Of a DNA stretch of 64,000 bases, positions 20,544-30,263 are shown in pieces. The position numbers and the translations under genes were made by a program. Each line of letters begins with the position of its first letter. Position 1 is the first letter of the stretch. Origin of the DNA: Bacteroidales bacterium (GTDB taxonomy: Bacteria; Bacteroidota; Bacteroidia; Bacteroidales; UBA7960); contig JAWLCS010000007.1 in assembly GCA_041687035.1 (NCBI GenBank), forward strand, positions 3,793 through 67,792, in the 5' to 3' direction. Under the pieces are notes generated by a model, which worked only from the letters and a program-made list of their open reading frames with translations, was not told where the DNA came from and searched no databases.

Positions 20544-21833
20544 CTACGCCAAGCCGGTAGCTTCATGAAACTTCAGATTTGGCTCCAGACCCGCAGCATC
20601 AACTGCATATTCGGGTTTAAGGCGATGCACAAAATACATTTCTTCGAAATGAAAATGCTTGGTTTGCACCTTGCCCCTGAAGCTGCATTCGAAATATTCA
20701 GAGACCAGTTCAAAGGTTTCAGACGAAATATTCACCTTGTTTTCTTCACCGGCCTGCACCATCCAATGGGCTTTGTTGGCAGCGTTGCCCCAAATATCGT
20801 ATGAGAATTTTTTACGACCAATGACTCCGGCAACCACCTCGCCGGTATGAACCCCCACGCGGAGGGTGAAAAAAGGTCTTTGTTCGGCTGTTGCTTCACG
20901 TGCCTCCAAGGCCACCGCATGCTGAATCTGCAGTCCGGCAAGCACGACACGCGCCGGACTCAAGGTATCGGCTTCAGGAATACCGCCGGCACACATGTAA
21001 CAGTCGCCAATGGTTTTAATTTTCTCCAGACCCAGTCTTCCGATAATACCATCGAACATGCTAAAGTACTCATCAAGTTTTTCCACCAGATCGATGGGTT
21101 TAAACAGGACCGATTTGGCAGAGAAGTCTTCAACATCGGCATACAACACGCTCACACAAGGGAAATAACGGGCCTTGGCAGTACCACTGGTGAGCAGTTC
21201 GCGTGCAATCCTGCCAGGTAAAATATTCTGAAGCAGCGTTTCAACCTTGGCTTTTTCGTAGGCTAATTCCTGGTTTTGAGTTTGGATGCGCTGGTTTAAT
21301 TTCTTTTGCTTCTCCAGGCTGCGTTTGAGAGAAACAGTAGCTTTTTCAAGCTTGCGGTTTATGAACATGCGCTTGAAAGCCGCCTCAACGGCCAAAGGCA
21401 CGTGGTCAATAAACCCTTTTTCCTTAACCAGGTAGTCGATGGCACCAGCCTTCATCAATGATACCGCCACTTTTTCATCGCCATAGCCTGTCATAGCCAG
21501 AAAGTCGGGCCTGTGCCCCTGACGCTGCAACTCATTAACAACAGCAAGCCCGGTGGTAGTACCAAGTTGATAGTCGATAATTACAAGCAAACCATCAAAC
21601 GATTCAGCAAGATAGGATTCGGCAAAGGCCCGGGCATCGGTAAAGCTGCGCGAATCAACACCATGTAACTTTAGCTTTTTTTCAATGCCTTTAAGCATCA
21701 TGGGGTCATCATCAAGTACCCATACGGGAGCAGCCTGGCTGTTACCAACGGGAGTAGTCAGATTTTTCTTTTGTAACGCCATTATTACTGCATACTTTAA
21801 AATAACAAACGTCAATTCTTCTTTTTTATGCAT
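20544..21833 (-). CDS. response regulator with a class III adenylate/guanylate cyclase output domain
   Basis: N-terminal receiver (VLDDDP, IIDYQL, MTGYGDE, DYLVK), then a coiled-coil linker. The cyclase domain has VLYADVEDFS, EKIKTIGDCYMCAGG and YDIWGNAANKAHWM. An alternative start, MALQKK, lies at 21782. Confidence 0.85.
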   Translation of the reverse strand: MHKKEELTFVILKYAVIMALQKKNLTTPVGNSQAAPVWVLDDDPMMLKGIEKKLKLHGVDSRSFTDARAFAESYLAESFDGLLVIIDYQLGTTTGLAVVNELQRQGHRPDFLAMTGYGDEKVAVSLMKAGAIDYLVKEKGFIDHVPLAVEAAFKRMFINRKLEKATVSLKRSLEKQKKLNQRIQTQNQELAYEKAKVETLLQNILPGRIARELLTSGTAKARYFPCVSVLYADVEDFSAKSVLFKPIDLVEKLDEYFSMFDGIIGRLGLEKIKTIGDCYMCAGGIPEADTLSPARVVLAGLQIQHAVALEAREATAEQRPFFTLRVGVHTGEVVAGVIGRKKFSYDIWGNAANKAHWMVQAGEENKVNISSETFELVSEYFECSFRGKVQTKHFHFEEMYFVHRLKPEYAVDAAGLEPNLKFHEATGLA

Positions 21834-22276
21834 ACAAAAGCAAAAAAAGCAGGTTTGACTTATTGCTTTGCAAAAAAAAGCAATTTTACAATCAATAATA
21901 AATTTAGTTCATTTTAATTTTTAAAAAACCTGTTCTTTTTTTAAACCTTTTTAAATCCTGCTCAAAACGGGCAACTAAAACCCTTGTTTGACAAGTTTTC
22001 GCATGCCCTCAAAATTCTTTAGCATGCGCCAATGGTTTAACTCGACCAACATGGGTTCTTTTATTTTGAATGATTCTGAATAAGCAAAAGCAGTTAAATG
22101 CGATCTATTTTTTTTTAATTTTACCCCCGATGCCTTTGATTTCAGTTGTTTTTAGCCAAAAAAAAAAATACACTTCATTGGTTGTCAACACGTTCTTATA
22201 GATATGTAAATATTTGATTAGATTCCTTCAGGTTATTCCTAAGGAGAAGCAAGTATGCAAACCAACCTGAATTACC

Positions 22277-23530
22277 ATGCACACCAAAACAAATGCAGGA
22301 AAAAAGAGAACAAGGGCGCTGCTTCCAGGTCTTTTTGTGTTGCTGTTCATTTTGATCGGCTGTTTTCAAATGCCCCTTCGCAGCCAGGACACCCTTGCTG
22401 TGGATGCTGAAGAAGTAACGGCAGCCATCGACAGTATGATGGAAGAAGTGGTTGAAGAAGCAGAAGCTGCACCAGAGCCCGAGCAACCCTATACGCGGGG
22501 CGACTACAGCAAACAGGACCTACGGCGTGGCGAACGCCTCTTCAAGGGAATGGTTCCTTTTGGAAGCGGGCAGCACGACTGCGCCTCCTGCCACTACCCA
22601 AGCCGCACCGACACCCTCAACTGGAACCCTTCGGCTTACGACCTGGCCAAATTATGGCATGACAATGAAGACTACCGAATTGCCACAAAGCTAAATAGCC
22701 CCACCGGCATGCGCATGATGGCCGACCACACAGGCATGACCATTACTCCCGACGAAGAAAGACAACTGGAAGCATATTACATGGAGGTGCTGAAAAAAGG
22801 ACCCGGAGAACTCCAGGCTTATCCTGTCAAAGCATTTATTTTCTGGGGACTTGGCTTCCTTATGCTGCTTGCACTGGTTGACCTGCTTATTACCAAAAAA
22901 ATTAAATTCAAGGTTCCTCACGTGCTGATTCTTATCGTTGGTATGGTGGTGCACATGCAATTTGCAGTGGCCGAAAGCCGCAATCTGGGACGCACCCAGG
23001 ACTATGCCCCCGACCAGCCCATTAAGTTTTCGCACCTGATACATGCCGGCGAAAACGAAATTGACTGCAACTACTGCCACACCATCAGCAGTTTCAGCCT
23101 CAGCGCAGGCATCCCTTCAAACAACACCTGCCTCAACTGCCATAATGTGATCAGGGAAGGAACCAACTCGGGCCGCTTCGAGATCAACAAAATTCATCAG
23201 GCTGTGGAAAACGGGGAGCCCATCCGCTGGATACGTATCCACAAGTTGCCCGACCATAGCTTCTTTAGCCATGCCCAGCACGTGAATGCAGGAAAACTCG
23301 AATGCCAGGAGTGCCATGGAACGGTGGAAGAAATGCACATCCTGCGCCAGGTCGAAGATTTGAGCATGGGCTGGTGCCTTACCTGCCACCGCGACAATGA
23401 CGTGGATTTCCTTGACAATCCATACTTCCAGATTTACAAGCAACTGCATCAGGACATTAAAGACGGAAAGATCGACGCAGTAAAAGCCGCCCGCATTGGG
23501 GGCGAAGACTGCATGAAGTGCCATTACTAA
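22277..23530 (+). CDS. actA: alternative complex III subunit ActA, multihaem cytochrome c
   Basis: Six CxxCH motifs: CASCH, CNYCH, CLNCH, CQECH, CLTCH and CMKCH. There is an N-terminal lipoprotein-like signal (LIGC). It is the first gene of an actABCDEF array. Confidence 0.85.
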   Translation: MHTKTNAGKKRTRALLPGLFVLLFILIGCFQMPLRSQDTLAVDAEEVTAAIDSMMEEVVEEAEAAPEPEQPYTRGDYSKQDLRRGERLFKGMVPFGSGQHDCASCHYPSRTDTLNWNPSAYDLAKLWHDNEDYRIATKLNSPTGMRMMADHTGMTITPDEERQLEAYYMEVLKKGPGELQAYPVKAFIFWGLGFLMLLALVDLLITKKIKFKVPHVLILIVGMVVHMQFAVAESRNLGRTQDYAPDQPIKFSHLIHAGENEIDCNYCHTISSFSLSAGIPSNNTCLNCHNVIREGTNSGRFEINKIHQAVENGEPIRWIRIHKLPDHSFFSHAQHVNAGKLECQECHGTVEEMHILRQVEDLSMGWCLTCHRDNDVDFLDNPYFQIYKQLHQDIKDGKIDAVKAARIGGEDCMKCHY

Positions 23531-23600
23531 TCAACCGAATGGCATTGCTTTCCGCGAAAGCGTATTAAAAAGATTATTCAGTAATACAAACTGTTTCCAA

Positions 23601-26561
23601 ATGGAAAAGAAATACTGGAAAAGTTTAAACGAGCTTCAGTTAACAGAACAGCAACAAGCCGACCTGCTTGCCGAAGACAGCCAGGAACGATCCATGGTTG
23701 AGATCCTTGCCGATGAAGCCAATAACAAATCCTCATCGCGGCGCGACTTTTTGAAGTGGTGCGGCATCAGCTTTGTTTCGGCCACAGTGCTTTCGGCCTG
23801 CGAAAACCCGGTAAAGAAGGCCATTCCATACCTGAACCAGCCCGAAACATTGATCCCGGGTAAGGCTTCGTATTATGCTTCCACTTACGTGAATGGCAAC
23901 GAATACTGCCCGGTACTGGTAAAAAGCCGCGACGGCCGCCCCATAAAAATTGAAGGCAACACCCTTTCGGGGATTACCAAAGGCGGCACTTCGGCCCGTG
24001 TGCAGGCATCGGTGCTGAGCCTTTACGACACAGGAGCACGCTACAAAACGGCCCTGAAAAACGGGGAAGAAATTGCATGGGCAGAAACCGATATGGCCAT
24101 TAAGGGGAAGCTGAAAGAAATTTCTGACAAGGGCGGAAGAATTGCCCTCGTGACCCCTACCCTGCTCAGCCCTTCTTCCAAAGCATTGATTGAGGAATTC
24201 AAATCGACATTCGCGGCAGTTGAGGTGATTGCATGGGATGCCATTCCTTATCACGGCATTCGCAAAGCCCATGAAGACCTTTTTGGTCAGGCCATTATTC
24301 CTGACTTTCGTTTTGATAAGGCAGAACTGATCGTGAGCTTTGGCTGCGACTTTCTGGGCACCTGGCTTTCGCCCGTTGAGTTTGCCGGCCGCTACGCCGA
24401 ACGGCGCCGCGTAAGCCAGGATAAACCGGAAATGTCGCGCCACATACAGTTTGAGAGCATGCTCTCAATCACAGGAGCCAGCGCCGACGAGCGCGTGCCG
24501 GTAAAACCCTCGGAAGAACTGAAAATTTTGCTTGCACTCCACGACCAGGTGGCTTCGATGGCCGGACAGAATGTTCTGGGCGCTGCCAACGTGGATTATG
24601 ATGTTACAGCCCTTGCACAACAGCTCATTGAAAATCAGGGCAAGGCCCTGGTGGTTTCAGGAAGCAGTCAGGCCGAAGCTCAAATGCTGGTGGCCGCAAT
24701 TAACCAAATGTGCGGAGCCTATGGAGCTACCATTGATTCTGCAACTACTATAATGGCAGGCACGGCCGTTGAAAACGATTTCGACAGCCTGCTTAACGAC
24801 ATGAACCAGGGAAATGTGGATGCGGTTATGTTCTACCACACCAACCCGGTTTACCATTATGCTGACACCGAAAAAGTGATCAGCGGCATTGAAAAGACCA
24901 GCCTGAGCATTTCATTTGCCTCCACCAAAGACGAAACCGCGAAAGTTTGCCAGTATATCCTGCCCGACCACCATTACCTGGAGTCGTGGGGCGATGCTGA
25001 ATTCAAAGCAGGCCATTACAGCCTGATGCAGCCATTGATTCACCCACTGTTTAAAACCCGGCAATTTCAGTACACCCTGCTGGCTTGGATGGGCAAAGAA
25101 TCCGATTTCCATGCTTACCTGAAGAACTGGTGGCAAAACAACCTTATGTCATTGCAATCGGAATATACCGAAGCAGAAATATTCTGGGTTAAGAGCCTGC
25201 AGGCCGGTGTGCTGGAAACTCCGTCAAGACAAGTACAGGCTTTAAGTTTCAATGCTTCCGCTTTAAGCGGAGTGGCAGGGGCCCTCAACAGCCGCATTGC
25301 CAATGCTGCCGAGCTGGAGTTTTTCACCTATCCAAGTCTTTCGCTGGCCGACGGCAGTGATACCAACAACCCTTGGCTGCAGGAGCTGCCCGACCCCATT
25401 ACTTCGGTTTGCTGGGACAACTTCGCAGCGGTTTCGCCTGCTACGGCAAGCAGTCTTGGCCTTGCCGAAGGCGATGTGATTCGAATTAACGGGAAAACAC
25501 AGGTACCCGTATTGCTTCAGCCCGGAGTAGCTGCCGGTTGCGTTGCGATTGCCCTGGGCTATGGCCGCACCCATGCCGGCATCAGCGCCGACGAACGCGG
25601 TGGAAACGCCTTCCTGCTAAACACCAGCCGCCTTTTTAGCGGAAATATTAGCAATTGGGAAAAGGTGGGTGGAAAGCATGAATTTGCCCGCACCCAAACC
25701 CACTTCAGCATGGAAGGCCGCGCCATTGTGCGCGAGTCGACGCTTGACAAGTACCAGCAAGATCCGGCTGCCGGCAACGAATTGCACAAATACCACGAAA
25801 AGCATAAAACCACCCTTTACCCGGCGCAGGAGTTTGAAGGCCACCATTGGGCGCTGATGGTCGACCTGAATGCCTGCACGGGATGCAGCACCTGCGTGAT
25901 TGCCTGCCAGAGCGAAAACAATACGCCGGTTATCGGCAAGGACCAGGTGCGCCGCCGCCGCATTATGCACTGGATGCGCATAGACCGTTATTATACCGGT
26001 GCTGCAGAAAATCCCGGTGTGGTGTTCCAGCCGCTCATGTGCCAGCACTGCGACCATGCTCCCTGCGAGAATGTTTGTCCGGTGGCTGCCACCACCCACA
26101 GCCAGGAAGGCATCAACCAGATTACCTACAACCGTTGTGTGGGAACCAAGTACTGCATTAACAACTGCCCCTACAAGGTGAGGCGCTTCAACTGGTACGA
26201 ATACGCCACCAAAGAGAAGTTCAACACCCACACCACCACCGACCTGGGCCGCATGGTGCTCAACCCTGATGTTACCGTAAGGGAACGTGGCGTGGTAGAG
26301 AAGTGCTCTTTTTGTGTGCAGCGCATACAAGAGGCAAAACTGACGGCCAAAAATGAACGCCGCCTGCTGAAGGATGGAGAGATAAAACCTGCCTGTGCGC
26401 AGGCCTGCCCCAGCAATGCGCTGGTGTTTGGCGACCTGAACGACCCGGAAAGCAAAGTATCCAAGCTGATAAAAGATCCGCGCAACTACCACCTGCTCGA
26501 GGAATTGCATACCTTGCCATCGGTGGGATATCTGACCAAGATCAGAAATCCGCGCACATAA
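23601..26561 (+). CDS. actB: alternative complex III subunit ActB (Tat-exported molybdopterin-oxidoreductase-like plus 4Fe-4S dicluster fusion)
   Basis: Twin-arginine motif SRRDFLKWCG. The C-terminal half carries the Cys clusters CTGCSTCVIAC, CQHCDHAPCENVC, CVGTKYCINNCPY and CAQACP. Confidence 0.88.
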   Translation: MEKKYWKSLNELQLTEQQQADLLAEDSQERSMVEILADEANNKSSSRRDFLKWCGISFVSATVLSACENPVKKAIPYLNQPETLIPGKASYYASTYVNGNEYCPVLVKSRDGRPIKIEGNTLSGITKGGTSARVQASVLSLYDTGARYKTALKNGEEIAWAETDMAIKGKLKEISDKGGRIALVTPTLLSPSSKALIEEFKSTFAAVEVIAWDAIPYHGIRKAHEDLFGQAIIPDFRFDKAELIVSFGCDFLGTWLSPVEFAGRYAERRRVSQDKPEMSRHIQFESMLSITGASADERVPVKPSEELKILLALHDQVASMAGQNVLGAANVDYDVTALAQQLIENQGKALVVSGSSQAEAQMLVAAINQMCGAYGATIDSATTIMAGTAVENDFDSLLNDMNQGNVDAVMFYHTNPVYHYADTEKVISGIEKTSLSISFASTKDETAKVCQYILPDHHYLESWGDAEFKAGHYSLMQPLIHPLFKTRQFQYTLLAWMGKESDFHAYLKNWWQNNLMSLQSEYTEAEIFWVKSLQAGVLETPSRQVQALSFNASALSGVAGALNSRIANAAELEFFTYPSLSLADGSDTNNPWLQELPDPITSVCWDNFAAVSPATASSLGLAEGDVIRINGKTQVPVLLQPGVAAGCVAIALGYGRTHAGISADERGGNAFLLNTSRLFSGNISNWEKVGGKHEFARTQTHFSMEGRAIVRESTLDKYQQDPAAGNELHKYHEKHKTTLYPAQEFEGHHWALMVDLNACTGCSTCVIACQSENNTPVIGKDQVRRRRIMHWMRIDRYYTGAAENPGVVFQPLMCQHCDHAPCENVCPVAATTHSQEGINQITYNRCVGTKYCINNCPYKVRRFNWYEYATKEKFNTHTTTDLGRMVLNPDVTVRERGVVEKCSFCVQRIQEAKLTAKNERRLLKDGEIKPACAQACPSNALVFGDLNDPESKVSKLIKDPRNYHLLEELHTLPSVGYLTKIRNPRT

Positions 26562-26596
26562 GAACTTTGATGTTGAACCCACAATAAACATTGGGT

Positions 26597-27976
26597 ATGA
26601 TAAATAACAAAATAAGATATGCCCTGGTAAAGGGAGATAAAACCTACGGGCAGATAACCGACGAGTTGCTGCTGAACGTAGAGCAGAAGCCCCCCCTGTG
26701 GTGGTTTGCGGGCATGACCATTGGCACCATATTGCTGGCCATTGGCGGCTGGGCTTTCTACATGTCGCTGAGCCAGGGGCTTGGCACCTGGGGCCTTACC
26801 AACAGCGTGGCATGGGGCTGGGACATCATCAACTTTGTGTGGTGGATCGGTATTGGTCACGCCGGAACGGCTTTTACCATTTTCTTCCTGGTGTTCAGGC
26901 AGAAATGGGCGGGTTCCATTAATCGCTCAGCCGAGGCCATGACTGTTTTTGCAGTAATGTGCGCCGGAATGTTTCCCCTGATTCACATGGGAAGGCCATG
27001 GCTGGCATTTTTTATTCTGCCCTACCCCAACACCCGCCTGCTTTGGCTCAACTTCAACTCGCCCCTGTTCTGGGACGTACTGGCCATCTCCACCTACCTC
27101 ATCACCTCCATTATGCTTTGGTACATGGGTATGGTTCCCGACCTGGCCACCATTGCCCAGCGCACTAAAAACAAGGTAGGAAAATTCCTTTACGGGATAT
27201 TCAGCCTGGGCTGGGACGGATCACTTTACACCTACAGCCGCTATGAAACCCTCATGAAGATCTTGGGTGGAATAGCAGCCCCACTTGTTATTTCGGTGCA
27301 TACCATTGTGGCCCTCGACTTTGCCGTTTCGGTGCTGCCCGGTTGGCATGCCACCATTTTGCCACCATACTTCTTCGTGGGCGCCATCTTCAGCGGGTTT
27401 GCCATGGTGCTTACGCTGATGATTCTTTTCAGGAAAGCCTTTAACCTGTATGACTATGTAACCGAGAAGCACCTCGACAATATTGCCCATGTGCTAAAAT
27501 TTGGCTCGCTCATTATCGGGCTGGCCTATATAACTGAAATGTTTACCGCCTGGTATTCGGGCGTGGATTACGAAATCTACACCTTTTTCAGGGCACGGGC
27601 CACAGGCAGCTTCTCGGTGGCCTTCTGGATCATGTTTGTGTTCAATGCGGTAATTCCACAGCTGTTCTGGTTCAAGAAAGCCCGAAAAAACCTGGTAATT
27701 CTTTTCCTGGTATCACTGGTCATTAATGTGGGCATGTGGTTCGAAAGGTATATTATCCTGGTTTCGTCGCTGGCTCAGGATTTTCTTCCTTCGAGCTGGA
27801 CCGACTACAGCCCCACCATGGTCGACGTTGGCATTTACCTTGGGACCTTCGGGATTTTTACCTGCGGAATGCTTATGTTTGTGAGGTACATCCCCATTGT
27901 GGCAGTAAATGAAGTGAAGCCCATTGCCCGGGCCGAAAAATTAAGAAAACAAAAAGAACAAGACCATGAGCACTAA
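26597..27976 (+). CDS. actC: alternative complex III subunit ActC (NrfD/PsrC-like quinol-interacting membrane subunit)
   Basis: About 10 TM helices and the NrfD-family motif WGWDIINFVWWIGIGHAGT. I chose the ATG at 26597; the ORF track begins at TTG 26591. Confidence 0.85.
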   Translation: MINNKIRYALVKGDKTYGQITDELLLNVEQKPPLWWFAGMTIGTILLAIGGWAFYMSLSQGLGTWGLTNSVAWGWDIINFVWWIGIGHAGTAFTIFFLVFRQKWAGSINRSAEAMTVFAVMCAGMFPLIHMGRPWLAFFILPYPNTRLLWLNFNSPLFWDVLAISTYLITSIMLWYMGMVPDLATIAQRTKNKVGKFLYGIFSLGWDGSLYTYSRYETLMKILGGIAAPLVISVHTIVALDFAVSVLPGWHATILPPYFFVGAIFSGFAMVLTLMILFRKAFNLYDYVTEKHLDNIAHVLKFGSLIIGLAYITEMFTAWYSGVDYEIYTFFRARATGSFSVAFWIMFVFNAVIPQLFWFKKARKNLVILFLVSLVINVGMWFERYIILVSSLAQDFLPSSWTDYSPTMVDVGIYLGTFGIFTCGMLMFVRYIPIVAVNEVKPIARAEKLRKQKEQDHEH

Positions 27977-28478
27977 ACAAATCATTGGTGTGTTCGACGA
28001 CGAGTCCGTTTTGCTCAAGGCAACCCTGAAGCTGAAGGATAAGGGCGTCAACATAAAGGGCATATACGGCCCCAGTGCCGACCACGACCTTATTAAAAAA
28101 CTCACAAAAGAGTCGCGGCTGCCATACCTTTCGGTAGCCACGGGGGTTATTACACTCATCCTGACCTTTGCCTTCGTGTATTATGTATCGGTAATCGACT
28201 ATCCATTGCATTATGGCGGCAAGCCGGTTTTTGCTTTCCCTCCAATGGTGGTTATTTTATTCCTGGTGTGTATTCTGATTACCGGGGCTTTTACCACTTT
28301 TTCGTTCCTTCTCAGTGAAAAAATGTTTCCAGGGAGAAAAGCAGAAGTGGTTCATCCGCGCGGACTAGACGACCGCTTTTACCTGGTGCTCGACCGCAAC
28401 TTCAACCCCGAAGAGATAGTAGAATGGCTGCAGGATTCGGGTGTGGAAGAGATCATTGAAAAAGAAAATGAAGCCTAA
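27966..28478 (+). CDS. actD: alternative complex III subunit ActD (DUF3341-type membrane protein)
   Basis: 170 aa with two central TM helices. Its position between actC and the monohaem subunit supports the call. It overlaps actC by 11 nt. Confidence 0.7.
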   Translation: MSTKQIIGVFDDESVLLKATLKLKDKGVNIKGIYGPSADHDLIKKLTKESRLPYLSVATGVITLILTFAFVYYVSVIDYPLHYGGKPVFAFPPMVVILFLVCILITGAFTTFSFLLSEKMFPGRKAEVVHPRGLDDRFYLVLDRNFNPEEIVEWLQDSGVEEIIEKENEA

Positions 28479-28494
28479 CTTATACCATTTAATT

Positions 28495-29079
28495 ATGTGT
28501 GGCTATAACAAAACATTGTTTAAAGGAGGCATGAGCCTGGCGGCAGCTTTAATGGTCCTGGTGGTTTTTTCGGGCTGCGACCGCACCCGCATGGACAAAG
28601 GCTACGAATATTTTCCTGACATGGCGCACAGCCAGGCTTACAAAACCTGGTCGGCCAACGAAGCCATGGACGACGGCAACACCATGCGCGAGCCGGTGGC
28701 CGGCACCGTGCCGCGCGACATGGAGCCTTATCCTTACAGCAACGACTTCGAAAGCCGCGAGCTGGCAGGTAGGCAACTGAGAAACCCGCTGCAGATTAGT
28801 CCGGAGCTGCTCGAAGAAGGTAAGGAACTATACAGGGTTTTCTGCCAGAACTGCCATGGCGAAAACGGCGATGGCAAAGGCAATCTGCACACCAGCGGCA
28901 AGTATATTATCCCGCCGGCTTCGCTTATCACCCCCGAATTCATTGCCAAACCCGAAGGCGAGACTTACCATGTAATATCGGTTGGCTGGGGAGTTATGGG
29001 AGCACATGCGTCGCTGATCAGGCCGGAAGACCGTTGGAAGATCGTGGCCTTTGTTGAACAAGTATTGCAGGAAAAGTAA
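28495..29079 (+). CDS. actE: alternative complex III subunit ActE, monohaem cytochrome c lipoprotein
   Basis: Single CQNCHG haem motif and lipobox VFSGC. The start is uncertain: ATG at 28468, 28495 or 28531. Confidence 0.8.
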   Translation: MCGYNKTLFKGGMSLAAALMVLVVFSGCDRTRMDKGYEYFPDMAHSQAYKTWSANEAMDDGNTMREPVAGTVPRDMEPYPYSNDFESRELAGRQLRNPLQISPELLEEGKELYRVFCQNCHGENGDGKGNLHTSGKYIIPPASLITPEFIAKPEGETYHVISVGWGVMGAHASLIRPEDRWKIVAFVEQVLQEK

Positions 29080-29092
29080 AACGGAACCCATT

Positions 29093-30253
29093 ATGGATAC
29101 AAGTTTTAAACCCTCAAAAAAGCTCATGGTCATTGTTGCAGCAATGATCGTTATCGGGGCTATTGCCATTATTGCCGGTTTTGCAACCGATAGCGCAAGG
29201 ACCTGGCCCAATATTCTGCTTAACAACATGTATTTTATCACCATAAGCATAGGCGCACTCATGTTTTATGGCATACAATACATCACTGGATCATCCTGGT
29301 CGGCGCTATTTCAGCGCATTCCGCTGGCGGCAGGTGCCTTTTTGCCGGCAGGCTTCATTCTGATGCTGCTGCTCTATTTCGGCCTGCACGACATATACGA
29401 ATGGTCGCACCCGGGCATTACCGAAACCGATAAACTCATTGCCCACAAGGCCCCTTTTCTTAACGTGCCCTTTTTCATGATCCGCATAATTATTTATTTT
29501 GCCCTTTGGATTCCGCTTTTTATCATGATGCGCAAAATGGCCAAAAAGGAAGATCTGGAAGGCGGTGAGCAATGGTATTTCAAAAGTGCTTTCTATTCCA
29601 AGGTTTTCATTTTTGTGGCGGTACTCATTTTCTCGCTTGCCGCCGTTGACTGGGTCATGACCATCGACGCCCATTGGTACAGCACCATTTTCGGTTTCCG
29701 GGCAATGATAACCAGCATGTATTACGGCACAGCAGTGATCATACTTTTGGTATTTTTCCTGAAAAACCTGGGATTTCTTACCGAACTCAACGAGGCGCAC
29801 CGCCATGACCTGGCGCGCTATCTGTTCCGCTTCAGCATTGTTTTTGGCTATCTATGGTTCATGCAGTTCCTCATTCTTTGGTATGCCAACATTCCTGAAC
29901 TAACCGTTTATTATTCGCCCCGATTCCTGGGCGAATGGCAGTTGTTCTTTTACCTCGAACCCCTGATTAACTTTGCCATACCCTTTGTGGTGGTAATGGC
30001 CGACAATACCGGCAGGAAAAAGCCTGTGATGATCGGCATCAGCGCCCTGCTCATGGTGGGGCTGTGGATTAGCCTGTCCCTGCAAATCATGCCGGGCAGC
30101 TATGGCGTTTTGAAGTTAGGATTCATTGAAATAGGCATTTGGCTGGGTTACGCCGGAATGTATCTGTTAATGGTTTTTACAGCGCTTTCGCGGATAAAGG
30201 TAGTGCCGGTAAACCACCCCATGCTCAAAGAAAGTATTCACCATCATTTATAA
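29093..30253 (+). CDS. actF: alternative complex III subunit ActF (second NrfD-like membrane subunit)
   Basis: Polytopic membrane protein directly after actE. I chose the ATG at 29093 (MDTSFKPSKK) because the longer ORF would overlap actE. Confidence 0.75.
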   Translation: MDTSFKPSKKLMVIVAAMIVIGAIAIIAGFATDSARTWPNILLNNMYFITISIGALMFYGIQYITGSSWSALFQRIPLAAGAFLPAGFILMLLLYFGLHDIYEWSHPGITETDKLIAHKAPFLNVPFFMIRIIIYFALWIPLFIMMRKMAKKEDLEGGEQWYFKSAFYSKVFIFVAVLIFSLAAVDWVMTIDAHWYSTIFGFRAMITSMYYGTAVIILLVFFLKNLGFLTELNEAHRHDLARYLFRFSIVFGYLWFMQFLILWYANIPELTVYYSPRFLGEWQLFFYLEPLINFAIPFVVVMADNTGRKKPVMIGISALLMVGLWISLSLQIMPGSYGVLKLGFIEIGIWLGYAGMYLLMVFTALSRIKVVPVNHPMLKESIHHHL

Positions 30254-30263
30254 AATAAATACA

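Noticed and set aside
22196-22486. A 96-aa minus-strand ORF spanning the actA start, and a 22255 ATG in another frame.
   Set aside because: Both overlap the actA signal-peptide region, and neither has motifs. The actA frame continues into haem-binding motifs.
23733-26591. Long antisense ORFs inside actB (236 aa at 23733..24443 and 324 aa at 25617..26591).
   Set aside because: They lie fully opposite a gene with a Tat signal and Fe-S cluster motifs. Their composition is typical of mirror frames of a codon-biased gene, and nothing independent supports them.
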